This document shows positions 39,935 through 51,880 of a stretch of DNA of 64,000 nt, one piece after another. The notes under the pieces were generated by a model, which was not told where the DNA came from, made no database searches, and was given only the letters and a program-made list of their open reading frames with translations. The stretch's first letter is position 1, and the number at the start of each line of letters is the position of its first letter. The stretch comes from Camelus ferus (Eukaryota), in contig NC_045697.1 of assembly GCF_009834535.1 (NCBI RefSeq), positions 34,350,001 to 34,414,000 on the forward strand, given 5' to 3'. A program made the position numbers and the translations under genes.

Positions 39935-40610
39935 TAGATAGGTTTTCAAAGCATTACAATCTAGAAGACAAAAAAAGAAAAAAAAAAGAATGGAATTGAT
40001 GACAAACACTGTTCCATTCCACACAAACCAGTTTTAAAAGAAAATAAACCATCCCTTCTAACACATTAAGAGATAAATTTCCAATAAATGTCACATTTAA
40101 GTTTAGTAATTACTTATAAACAAGTCACAATAACTACGATAAATTAATCAAAAATGCTAACCCTCTGTCTCATGAGTGAGGTAAATTTTTTGTAAGTAAT
40201 CATTTCCATTTTTATACATTGTTTTGTCCTAGAAATGTATGATAGAGTGATAAAAAATAACTAAATGAAATTCTGTGAGAGAAGGGAAATAGAAATAAAA
40301 GTTCAGGAAGAAAGAGCAACTATGTAATACTCGCCCAATGTTAAAAGAACAGCTTGTGATTCTAGAATGGTTGTGAGTGCCAAGTCACTATGGTATTTAA
40401 ATTCCACCGGACATATTTAAAAGAGTAATGAAACAGTTTTCATTTTAAAATGTCAATTATCATAATATCCTTTAGATTGTATTCTTTGTCAACTACTTAC
40501 AAGCATGATTTACAGCTTTTAGATAGTAACTTAAAATTGTGCAAGGGGTATATAACTTTTCAAAATCATTTTAAGGTTACACAAGCAAAACTATGTGGAA
40601 GACCATACCT
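39935..40610. mobile_element. Probable hAT-Charlie DNA transposon remnant
   Basis: AT-rich body ending tgtgcaaggggtatataacttttcaaaatc...caagcaaaactatgtggaagacca, which resembles a Charlie terminus. Family not certain. Confidence 0.45.
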
Positions 40611-41932
40611 CTAAATACTACGTGACACTGCCTCCTTGATAAGAATTTAGCTCATTTTGTTTAAATGTGTGCAGGGATTCAGACACAAAATAAATATTAC
40701 GGATTGAGCAGATGAAAATGGAGATTGCAATTACTTCCCAATGGCCAAGCTCGATGGAGTTGAAGTTATGAAGATCAAAATGCTATTTGTTATAAAGAAG
40801 CCACAATTTCAGAAGAGATTCAGACTTGGAGGTGATGATTCTGAATTACACATTAGTTTCACTGGGTGGCCCAGAGTATAGAGTCCAGAGTCTAGGATGT
40901 CTGAATTACTAGGAAATCACCACACCACTGCAGTTCAATTTCAAGAAGAACTGATTGAGCTTAAGGAGTTATGTCCACCTTTTGGACATAGGTAGTATAC
41001 AATCTTGGGAATTTGGGGAGACAAATATGAAACAGAACTAAGCTAATATTCCTATCATGTGAAAAAAAACCCAACCAGCAATTTTTCCCAACCACCTGAT
41101 TCTGTAAAGATGTATCTGCTATGATTAAATTGACCATCATAGAGATATAAAGCTGGATATAGAATTATAATAAATGGTATTTTGAATTATTCAGGGTATG
41201 AATTACCAGCATTCTTGTTGAAGCGATCAAACTGATTATTGACCAAAATAGGCTTAGAGCTATGTACTTATGATTACATATATTGAAAAAAACCAGACTT
41301 TAATTGCTAAAAATTCCTGCATTTTATTGTAGTCTGTAAGACCAAAACTGTGAATTTTTGATTGCAAGGCACAATATTGAACAAAATGTGGAAGCTCTTG
41401 GTCTCTAGCCACTAAATGAAATAATATTCCATAATAAGCACAGGGATCAACCTGTGATACCGGGTTTCTGAGTTATCAGCCTCTAAGTCATGCATCCAAC
41501 TTGTAAGGAGAGTAAGAAGAATGAATGCAGGTGAGGAAAGGAAACCTCTATATTTCTTTTTTAGGAACCACTGTGCCACCTTAAGCAAAGCAATATCTGG
41601 CAGAGAAGAGAAACCTAATCTCTAATGATCTATAAACAAGAATGACTGAGCCCAGGTAGTCTTTAGGTTCAACAAGAGATCTGTTTTGCTTGGCACTGCT
41701 TCTTTATGCTGGGCATGTGGCAGAATAGAGTCAAAACAAGACTGTGGCTCTCAGAGAAAAACAGTGGACATCTACAAGATGAGAATTTCTCATGGTTCAC
41801 AGACTGAAAGAAGTTCTTAGGGACTTTTAAATGATTTTTTAAAAAACCTTTCAAGTTTCAATACACAGCCAAATAAAGTTTAAGTACCAGACAAGTTAAT
41901 CATGAAGCTTATTAAGAATTCTTCTGTGTCTT

Positions 41933-42710
41933 CAAATGATAAATGCTGAAGAGGGTGTGGAGAAAAGGGACCCTTCCAACACTGTTGGTAGGAATGTAGT
42001 TTGGTGCAGCCATTATGGAAAACAGTATGGAGATTCCTTTAAAAACTAAAAACAAGAGTTACCAAATGTTCCAGCAATCCCACTCCTCAGCATATACTCA
42101 GAGAAGATTCCAATTTGAAAAAATGTATGCACCCCAAAATATTCACAGCAGCACTATTTACAGTTGCCAAGACATGGAAGCAACCTAAATGTCCATTGAC
42201 AGATGATTGGATAAAGAAGTTCCATACACAATGGAATACTACTCAACCATAAAGAAGAATGAATTAATGCCATTTGCAGCAACATGGATGGACCTAGAGA
42301 TTATCATACTAAGTGAATTAAGACAGAGAAAGACAAATACCATATGATATCATTTGTACACAGAATCTAAAAAAAAAAAAATACAAATGAATTCATTTAC
42401 AAAACAGAAACAGACTCACAGACATAGAAAACAAACTTATGGTTACCAAAGGGGAAAGCAGAGGAGGGATAAACTTGGAGTTTGGGATTAGCAGATATAA
42501 ACTACTATATACAGAAAAGATAAACAACAAGGTCCTACAGTATAGCACTGAACAATATTCAATAGCTTATAATAACCTATAATTTAAAAGAATATGAAAA
42601 AGTATACATATTCTATATATAAAACTGAATCACTATTTTGTATACCAGAAACTAACACAACACTGTAAATCCACTATACTTCAATAAAAAATTTAAAAAA
42701 TAAAAATTAA
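41933..42710 (+). mobile_element. 5'-truncated L1 with perfect 19-bp TSD
   Basis: ORF2 end, 3' UTR and AATAAA/A-tail. TSD aagaattcttctgtgtctt at 41914-41932 and 42711-42729. Confidence 0.95.
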
Positions 42711-42899
42711 AAGAATTCTTCTGTGTCTTTAGCTCTGTCACTACCCAAATAACTACAATAATAATGACAGTTTTTACTCCATAGAGCTTCTCTTCTTAAC
42801 TTTGGCCATTCTCCCAAACATTCCCTGTGTTACGGCCCTACAGACACATGCTTAAAAGAACTGAGAAGAGGGGATATCTTGGGGAAGATCATTGCAGAC

Positions 42900-43544
42900 A
42901 GAGTAGCTGGAGCTTAGAGAGCAAGAGACAAGTATTCAGAGAGAAGTCAAAGAGGGAATGGGGGCAGATATTGTAGGGCAGGAGGTCTATGCTGTACAAC
43001 TCCAGGAGGCACTGTTTACTTTGAATGTTGTGTGATTGGTCCTCCCCTGGAGTTCCTTCCACAATGCAGTGATGCTGATGGAGGGCCCTGGTGGCTTTTA
43101 TATTGAAGCAGATGGGAAAACTTGGAGGGGAGAGATGGCAACAATTAAAACATCCCTTTTGCTGCTATATATAGAATAGCCCTCCAGGACATTAGGAGGC
43201 AGGAAGGATGACAATAAGGACCTGGAAAGATAATCCAGGCAGGAGATTGAGGTGACTTGGACCTGGGAGTGGTTGTGGAGGTGGTGGGCACTGGATGGGT
43301 TCCATGCCTATTTTGATAGCATAGCCAAGAAGATTTCTGACAGATCAGATATAGTATGAGAGAGTAAGAGAAGAGTCAAGGATGACCCAAGGTCTTTGGC
43401 TGGAGCAACTGGAAGAATGAAGTTGTCATTTACTAAGATTGGGAGGGCTGGGAGAGGAGCAGGTGCAGGGGCAATACTAGATCAGGGTAGTACCTGTTCT
43501 GCCTGAAATGTCTTGTAAACACTCAAATGGAAACAGATAGATGG

Positions 43545-43590
<46 letters not shown>

Positions 43591-43760
43591 ACGCACACAA
43601 GCACGCATGCAAGTGTGTATGTGTCCCAAGCATACATATGCATGCAAGTCCGGAGTTCAGAGGATGTACAGTTTGAGAGCCAGGTTTGTAGATGTCAGTG
43701 TATGGTGGGACTTCAAGCCATGAGCCTGAATTAGATCACCAAAAAAGGAGAGATCCAAGG
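42900..43760 (-). mobile_element. L2 fragment containing a MER91A-like insertion (about 42975-43090) and a TG microsatellite
   Basis: L2 motif gaagagtcaaggatgacccaaggtctttggctggagcaactggaagaatgaagttgtcatttactaagat. The quasi-palindrome tgtacaactccaggaggc...ctcccctggagtt is typical of MER91A. Confidence 0.78.
43546..43585. repeat. (TG)20 microsatellite
   Basis: Directly visible. Further alternating purine/pyrimidine sequence follows to about 43645. Confidence 0.97.
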
Positions 43761-43869
43761 GCTGATTTACTCTGTGCTTAGATGTCTATCTCTCCACTGG
43801 CCTATGAGCTCTTGAAAAGTAGACACGCCCGGTACAGAGAAAATGCGTCTAAATGTCTAAATGTTGGAT

Positions 43870-44090
43870 TGAAGCATTTACATTTGTATGGTACATCATG
43901 GCTTCCAAAATTCTTTCAAATACATTACCTCACGTAGCCCATAAAACAGTTCTACCACCCAGGTATTACTATTCCTATTGTAAAATTGAGGAAAGAGAAG
44001 TTAAAAGGGTTTAAGAAACTTGCTCAAGACCACACAGTTATTAAACAAGAAAACCAGGGCTTGAAAACAAATCTTCAGATCTAAATTTGG
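43870..44090 (-). mobile_element. MIR SINE
   Basis: ggtattactattcctattgtaaaattgaggaaagagaag...aacttgctcaagaccacacagtta. Confidence 0.82.
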
Positions 44091-45580
44091 CACCCTCCAA
44101 AGAAGTATCTACATATGGAAGAAAGAAAATGTTATTTATGATTTAAATTTTAAATAATTTAAAACTATAAATGTAGGAAATTTTGAAGTTCTAGTAAAAC
44201 CTCATTTTATTTGATTATTCATTGTCATAAAGAGTGCATGGCTAGTTTTTAGTAATTCCATCACACTACCTCTAATCATCCATCTCTGGCAAAATTTTGA
44301 TACTGAGTACCTCAAAGAAATAGCACTGCAGTATTTCTCCCAAATGAACTCACAATTCAATAGCAGAAATTCAGAATATATGTTTCACCAAGATCTCAAA
44401 ATGACAATTTTGCTGCTAATGCAATGAAGTGGTTGCTCTCAGCAACCAGAGCTAGAAAAACAAGTAAGAGACTGGAAAAGGGAGAAGAGAATGAAAGAAT
44501 AAATAGCCAAAGTTCTTTCATGGCAGAGGAGACCTCGTTAGACCCACAGAAGTACAATTTAAAAACTACTTTCCATATATAATTACAGACAAGGTAGAGT
44601 AAAGAATTAGAAAGCTCAGAATGATTGATGGACCTTGATCTTTTAGCCCTCTGAGTTCTCACAACTCAACTATGGAAACACACACAGTGTTTATTTTAAA
44701 AACCTCTGAGGAACAGTTCCCACAGCATTATCACATTAGCACATTATTTACTTTACAGGACCCAGCATCAGCATAAGACAGAAAGGATGAGACAACCGTG
44801 TATCCTTCTATGTGAGAACAAAATATCTTTGGGGTTATGACTTATTCAAGGATGCTAAGAGAAGAGGAATTGAATTTACAGAGCTGAGCATTGGGAAAAG
44901 CAGCTGTTACAAGTTGTGAGTTTTGGCTCAACTCAGTCAGAAAAGGCATTTTGAAAGCTCTTGTGAGAAGGGAGCCGTAACAAAGGGAAGCGTTCAAGGA
45001 TTAATAAACAAATCCCTGGATGGTGGACTGTTGGGGAGAAGAGAGAGGCTGGGCGGCTGATTTAAAATAACCTTGGAATGATCTTCCTGAACCTCAGTTT
45101 CCTTATTTATAAAATGAAGGTGATAATACCTCAGAGGTTTACTCTGGAAGCAAAGTGACCTAACAGCTGTGAAAGCACTTCGGAAAGGAGACTGGGGTCC
45201 ATAACGTAAAAAGGGGGGCTACTGTTTTCTTGGGGCAAATGATTCGAAAAGTTGGAAGGAGATTAAGATGGGAGTCAATTTTTCATCACCATTTGTCTCA
45301 TGGGCCAAGTAGGCACCTGACGCCCAACACAGGTTCACAGTGATGAATATGACCCCAGATCACCTTCTCTCTTCCACTGTGCCAAGTGGGACCCTTCCTC
45401 TTCCAAATATTCAGAATTCCTTTATGTAATAGACTCCACTTCTACTCCATTGACATCTAACCTGTGTTCCTTTCTAGTTTCTGTGGCTTAATGGAGTCAC
45501 CAACGCTTTTACGTTGTTTCTCATATATGGGCATACCAGATTAGGTTTAGCCCTCACTAAAGGTAGGAAGCATGATAAGG

Positions 45581-45635
45581 ATTATTATTGTTATTGTTTA
45601 TTGTTGTTGTTGTTGTTGTTATTATTATTATTATA
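45581..45635. repeat. Compound (TTG)n/(TTA)n microsatellite
   Basis: attattattgttattgtttattgttgttgttgttgttgttattattattattata. Confidence 0.9.
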
Positions 45636-45669
45636 GAGTACCTTGAAAACATAAAGCCCAAACCAGGGT

Positions 45670-45893
45670 TTGGTTTCTCAAAAGCAGCACTATTGACATT
45701 TGACCCACATAGTTTTTTGCTGGGGGAGGCTGTCCTGTTCATTGCAGGATGTTTCGCATGGTGGGTCTCTCACCAGCTAAATGCCAGGGGCAACTCTTTC
45801 TGGCCCCAAAGTTACGACAACCAAAATGTCTACAGACATTGCCAAATGTTCCCAGGTGGGGGCTACAAAATCATCTCTGGTTGAGAACCACCA
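45670..45893 (-). mobile_element. MER20 hAT-Charlie DNA transposon (second copy)
   Basis: ggtttctcaaaagcagcactattgacattt...acaaccaaaatgtctacagacattgccaaatgttccc...ggttgagaaccac. Confidence 0.9.
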
Positions 45894-46383
45894 TACTAGC
45901 CAGGGCTAAATTAATACTATGGTCACTGTAACTACTTTTATTCTTTTCAGATTACCTGGGATAATGCTCAGAACTGCACAGGTACTCAGTGAATATTTAC
46001 TGAATAAATGAAAAAATGAGGAAAGGACTTCATTAGTTATATTTATAACTGACCTTATAGCATAAACCCTTATATGATTAAAACGATATTATATAATGCA
46101 TAATTTGCAAGTTGGCATACAATATATTTTTGGTACATGAACACATTTTAGTGCGTATGCTAGAAATTATATTCTTGTGCATACACAAAGATCACAGTTA
46201 ACAGTTACTTTCTCCCTAGAACATGAACTATGAATATGCCTATGATGGCTAGCATCCTGTTTATCCATCAAGCATGAGACAGAAAAATTATTTTAAATTC
46301 TAGGAATTTAAACACCACTTATCAGACCCATGTTCAGAGAATTAATTCTACATAGAAAGAATAGTACAATCAAGAATTCTAGA

Positions 46384-46536
46384 GGGGAGGGTATAGCTCA
46401 AGAGGTAGAGCACATGTTTAGCATGTATGAAGTCCTGGGTTCAACCCCCAGTACCTCCATTTAAAAAAATAATAATTAAATGAAATAAACCTAATTACCT
46501 CCCCCCCAAAGAAAACTAAAAAAAAGGAAAAAAAAA
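46384..46536 (+). mobile_element. tRNA-Ala-derived camelid SINE (Vic-1 type)
   Basis: Head ggggagggtatagctcaagaggtagagcacatgtttagcatgtatgaagtcctgggttcaacccccagtacctcca has A and B boxes and is tRNA-Ala-like. It is followed by aacctaattacctcccc and an A-tail. TSD aagaattctaga / aagaattctaaa. Confidence 0.9.
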
Positions 46537-47689
46537 AAGAATTCTAAAAAGACTGGTAAGCTTTTTAGTATAAACGTTTTACCAATCCTCCAAAATCTGT
46601 CCCAAACTCACCAGTCTTTTCCAAGATCAGAAGGAAGATTTGTACTGTCTTCTGATATTTGGGGAACCTATGTCAGTGGCATTTCACCTTGAGCTCTTAA
46701 AGAATACTGATGTTATTCTGATTTTCAAGAACTGATACTTTTGGACCATCCTGTTAAAGAACACTAGTGATGTTTTTGACTTTCAGATTTTCTCAGTGGA
46801 TTCTCCAATCCTGTATCAACAGGCTGCATTTCCCAAATAACCACTAGCGAAGTGTTCTTATCAAAACAGGGGCAAATGCAGCTGAAAAAGAAAAGAATTG
46901 AGGGGTTTCTCTTTCAGACACACTCACTCATCCTTATGGTGGCTTCTAACTATATACAATCTTTTGGAGGGAATCCGAATTTAGCATCAACTCTATTAAA
47001 CAGTGTGCTTAAAAGAAATAAAACAAACTTCGACTTTTGGCTACGATGTAGTAGCTTATGACATGTCAATGTCCCCCATCAAGTAAAACTACAAAAGCCA
47101 GATAAAACACAAGAAACATCTGTTTAAAGGCCCTTGATAGTGGGAGACTATTAGGATGCAAGCGGCTCAGATCCCAGAGAAAAGGTAACTACAGAGCAAA
47201 CAGTCTGCATTCTGTGGACGCTTTTTCCCTTTGGGACTCGCCAATTCTTGGCATGGCGCTAGAAAATAAGAATCTGGACTGCAAAGAGGCAGAGAAGCCA
47301 GTAGAGCTTTTGGCAATCCCACAGTGATGGAGAGACAAAAATTAGAGTTTGGGTGCTGTCAAAGAAGACAGGAATTAAGGGGCCAAGGATGCAGTGGGAA
47401 AGGAAACACAGAAACGGGGCCATCACATGGAAGGATTTCCCCTCATGGCATTTGCTGTAAAGTACAAGAAGCTAAACAGCTAGGAAGAAGACCAATGTGA
47501 AGCAAAGTGGAAACCCAGCAATCTTGTTCTGAGAAGAAAAATATTATAATTTGGGACTGCCCAAGGAGGAGTGGAGTGCAGGAAACACTTCGGTTTCTCA
47601 GTAAGGCCCACTGGAGAAGCGCATGCTCAGAATGGAAAAAAACAGAGGTAAGTAGAGCCTTACGGACACTGCCTTATAAACACTCAGCG

Positions 47690-48500
47690 AAACCAGCTCA
47701 GTCTCTGCCAGGACCAGGTAGTCTGTTCCCACTCTATGTGCCTGCCCTTCAGGAGAGGACCTGCTGCCCCCACTATCATCAACAGCCTGAATCTCCTTCA
47801 GGTTTCGCCTCTTCTGCAGAGCTGCCTTGCCCCAGGGCACACCCTCCCCAGAAAGGCCCACATCCAACGGCTGATGGAGGTGGGGATATAAAGACCCAGC
47901 CATCTTGGCCCAACACGGAGCAACTCCCTCAGGTCACCTGTGCCCCAGAGCTCCCCGTGGATTTAGCCGAGGCTTTAACAGGTCTGGATCGCACTTCCAC
48001 TTCTTTTGCTCAGTCCTGCTTTCTCTTCCCTCCTTTACACAAGCGCTGATACCTGATAAACACCCTGTACAACAAACTCCACCTCAGTGACTGCTTCTGG
48101 AAAACCCAGCTACTGACAGTCACTGTAGTGGTCCAAGAAAGCAGGTGATGTGACGAGGTTATTGATCTGGACCACGCACTGCTAGGATGGCAGTGAGGCT
48201 GCCAACACTGATGGTTAGATGGAGATAGACCTTCCCTGGCATGAGGGGGTGGTCCAGGGTTGAAACCCTTGTCAGAGGTGAGTTGGACTAGTCTACCTGT
48301 GGAAAGGAATGTACTAAATAGGGTAATTGACCAAGGGTTTGACAAGGACAATGGATTGGACGGCTTACTGCTAACCATCAATAATGTTCTAGAAAAAGAT
48401 AACTCAAAGCCCCAAGCAATTGTAATTCATATGTGAACGCCAAAGGGCCTTCTCAGGAATTTAGAAAGAGGTTCTTATGTACTGTACTATAGCAGGAGAG
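47690..48500 (+). mobile_element. ERVL LTR16-like LTR (to about 48118) plus start of the ERVL internal region
   Basis: LTR end ctgataaacaccctgtacaacaaactccacctcagtgactgcttctggaaaacccagctactgaca, then internal-type gtagtggtccaagaaagcag. Confidence 0.72.
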
Positions 48501-48519
48501 TCCAGAAAGCTGAGGATAG

Positions 48520-49478
48520 AGAAGATTGATAATGCAGACCCATTAAAATCAGCATCTTCTATTCCATAACAGACACTAATAAAAGAAAGGAAAGGCAAAC
48601 CACACAGTGGGAGATCTTCACAATATACATACCCAAGAGATGACTTAAATCCAGAAAGCATAAAGAGAGACAAATCAGGAACAAAAAGACAGACTATCCA
48701 ATTTAAAAAGGGGCAAAATACGTGGACAGACACTTCACAAAAAAAGATATTTAAATAACCAAGGCATCTTGAAAATTCAATCAAATTCATTAGGAAAATG
48801 CAACTTAAAACTGCAAAGAGATAGCACAATACTATCATCAGAATTGCTAAAATTGAAAAAAAAAAAAAACTGACAATACCAAGTGTTGGGGAAGATTTGG
48901 AGCAACTGCAACTTTCACACATAGCTAGGATAAGTATAAATTGGCACAACTACTTTAAAAAAAAACTGTTTTGCTGAACAAATACATATCCTTGTTCTAC
49001 CAAAGACATATACAAGAATAGCCATAGCATCACCGTTCATAGTAGCCAGAGACGACTCCCACATCCATCAACAATAGCACAGGAAAATACATTGTGATGC
49101 AAAATATATCAAAGTACTATTAAAAAGAGAATGAATGAATCACTGGAAGATGAAAATATAGTGAATCTCTCAAACATAATGTTGAGCAAACGAAGCTGGA
49201 CACAAAAGGACTGTAGACTGCATGATTCCATTGATATCAAGTTCAGAAATTGATAAAAACTACCCAAGGAGATAGAAGTCGGCATTCAGGTCTCTTTTGA
49301 GAGGGTGAGGTGACAGGAGGGGGCTTGAGAGGGTTTCTGGGATGCTGTCAATATTCCATCTCTTTATCTGGGTGCTGGTCACGTGGGTCTGGTCACTGTG
49401 TTACAAATTATTGAAATGCACACCTTATTTGTATTCTTCCTCGTATAAATGGTATACCTCAATAAAGTCTTTTAAAAA
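48520..49478 (+). mobile_element. Old L1 3' portion (L1MC/ME-like) ending about 20 bp from the CORIN splice donor
   Basis: gacagacacttcacaaaa, ctgacaataccaagtgttggggaagatttggagcaactg, ...tatacctcaataaag. Confidence 0.85.
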
Positions 49479-49501
49479 TGCAACAAAACACAGGCACTTA
49501 C

Positions 49502-49683
49502 GTTGCTTTTCTCTTTCCTGCTGTGGTGAGAAGCAAATCCTGCTGGCATTTTTGTTTCCACTTTGGTTTCTAAACTGGGAGCATTTGAGGAAATCAGGCC
49601 AGGTGGCATTCATCATGGCCAGGACTGATTCACAGCCCTTCTTGGCAGCCTCACAGAAGGACCTACAGGGCAGGAGCCCAACA
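49502..49683 (-). CDS. CORIN: CORIN internal coding exon (human exon 5 equivalent): C-terminal half of frizzled cysteine-rich domain 1
   Basis: The minus strand reads polypyrimidine tract ttctattttcttctAG | exon | GTAAGT. The 182 nt (1+60x3+1) translate as xVGLLPCRSFCEAAKKGCESVLAMMNATWPDFLKCSQFRNQSGNKNASRICFSPQQEREKQ(L). This matches recalled human corin GLLPCRSFCEAAKEGCESVLGMVNYSWPDFLRCSQFRNQT...RICFSPQQENGKQL. It overlaps ORF 49425..49616(-). Confidence 0.97.
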
Positions 49684-51401
49684 CTAGAAGAAAATAGAAA
49701 GGTGAAAATTAATGTTTTTACAGGCTATTTCACAAAGTAATAATTAAACTAATAAGAAAACTTGGCAATATTATCTAAGTTTATATTTACTATAGTCAAC
49801 AACTTAAATTTCTACATTCGACCCTAGGATTTCAGCCACCCTACTGTCATGATTCTAGAGGGAATAAGCTAGTTGCATAATATCATCTAGCTATCTCTTG
49901 TAGAAGCATTTATCCCAAATGATTTTTTTTTTTAGATTTCTTGTGCTAAAGTAAACCTGTCAACTAAAAACGAGCTCTACTTAATATCAAAAGAAGTAAA
50001 TTAACATAGAAATGAAGCCCCTCAAATTGGAAAATCAGAAGTGGGTCACAAAATAGGTTAATTTCTTTACCATCCCTATGAGACATTCAAAGGATCTCTG
50101 AGAGGCAGACAGAGAGAAGTTCCTTAACCTCCATGGCCTCCTTGGAAAAGAAAATATTATACAAACAAATGGCAACTCTGAAACCTTCTATCATTGTTTA
50201 TCTTTTCATTTCTATGTTATCTTCTGCAAAATAGAAAAATACAAACAACTGTCCATTAGTGGTAAAGTAATGATGCCCCGGAGTTTGTCTTTATTCATCT
50301 GACACGCAATCAAACACTCCTGGATCCGCGGCTCTGTGTCTACAATGTCAAGGCCATGGACTTGTTCTCTTACAGACCCAGGTGGCTTTTTCTACTTTGC
50401 GGTTAACAGACTGCATCTCTCACCCTGGCTCGTCATAAGGCAAAGGCATTTCAAATGATTTTAAGAAAAGTGGGAAAGAAAATACGCATGTCAGTCAAAG
50501 CAGAACACACGCTTCACAAATGTAGGGTCAATAAGCTATTGCAGAATCATACAGCCTCAGATCTGTAAGAAACTTTAAACAACACCTCATTCAGATCCTT
50601 CATTTGAGACAAGTCCAGGGAGATTCTGAGACACACAGTTTCCTAATGGAAGAAGTGCGAAGAGAATCCAAAAGTTTTAACTTTCAGTCTAGGCTCTATC
50701 TACTCTCCTATATTATCTAGTCTCATAAAAGGACCTAATAATTAGGCTTTAAGAACTCCTTGATCAAACAAACACATTTACAATTCCCCATTCATATTTC
50801 TACAGATCACAGAAACATTAACAAGATGCACCAGCCACTGAGTTAAAATAGAACTGATAGCCTGTGAAAGAGTCCTAAGAGTGAGATCTTATACATAACA
50901 ATGTGGGGAAGGGGTACTCAACAATGACATCCAGTTGCAAATGCTTTTGACCTTATTCTCAGAAACTTACGACTGAGTACCTTTAGAACCCTAATAGTCA
51001 TGTAACTACCTACCTACATTAATATGTGACTAAATTTGTTAGAGAAGATGTGGAAAGAGGTTTTGCATTTGAAAGAATTAGTGTTAGGACATAAAATGTG
51101 ACTTGGTCCAGGCAGGAATCTCAGTGTAAAGGAGACACCTGACTGCCATTCAGGAAATAGATCAGATATTTCAAGGACTAAAAGTATCACTCAAACTTTT
51201 TAAAAGATTTCCTTTCCTAGATGTGATTCCAGAGAAGTTAGAGACTATATTTTCTCAAATAAAACTGGGAACATGGTTGAGAAATGTGGAGAACACAGAA
51301 TTTCTATGTAATTGCTTTCATGATGCTAGGCTCTATTCTAAGTGCATTAACTCATTTATTTCTCACTACAGTACATAGTAATATACTATGGGTACCATTA
51401 C

Positions 51402-51880
51402 TGAGACAGGAAGGAAGGGAGCAGGGCACAACCATTAAAAGAATGAGACAGCCATTGAGGATATGACATAAAGTGGTTAGAACCAACTAGGCCCAAGATG
51501 GCAGCAGATTGCCTTTCAGTAGACCTTGAGCCTCATTACAGGCTCACTGTAATACACTAGCGTGCTAAATGACACGCCCACAGGCACCATGACAGTTCCC
51601 AGGCTGACCATGAAAAGCCAAAAAGTGGGCAAGGGCCCAATTCCTGGAAATCCCCAGCCCTTCCCCAAAACAGTTGGAATAATCCTCCCACTTATTAATG
51701 TATGAAATTACCCAGCCCACAAAAACTAACCACCGTGCACCCCGGGGTCACTCCTCTGAGATGGACCTCATTCTATGGAACGTGTATCTCTCCAAATATA
51801 CTTGCTTTCACTTTACTATGGCTCGCTCTGGAATTCTTTCCTGCGTGAGACAAGAACCTACTCTCTACTCTCCAGTAACA
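51402..51880 (+). mobile_element. Solo MER41-like ERV1 LTR inserted in a MIR (about 51310-52010)
   Basis: TG...CA ends. TSD ttac (51398-51401 / 51881-51884). MER41-type core tagcgtgctaaatgacacgcccacaggcaccatgacagtt. GAS motif TTCCTGGAA at 51641-51649. Confidence 0.9.

Larger units (their letters stand above)
8339..49501 (-). other. CORIN: CORIN intron (41,163 bp, phase 1) between the Fz1 and LDLRA1 exons
   Basis: GT at 49501-49500 and AG at 8340-8339 on the minus strand. The spliced junction gives contiguous corin sequence EKQL-LCRGG. Confidence 0.93.

Noticed and set aside
46384..46460. Possible tRNA-Ala gene
   Set aside because: It has a SINE body, A-tail and TSD with mismatched stems, so it is a retroposed SINE.
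47507..48049. Longest ORF in the track (180 aa)
   Set aside because: It starts at GTG, spans decayed L1-like and LTR16-like sequence, and has no recognisable domain.
49425..49501. ORF extension RKCLCFVAFLKDF... beyond the frizzled exon
   Set aside because: It runs through a consensus GTAAGT donor into antisense L1 sequence. Nothing supports it as coding.
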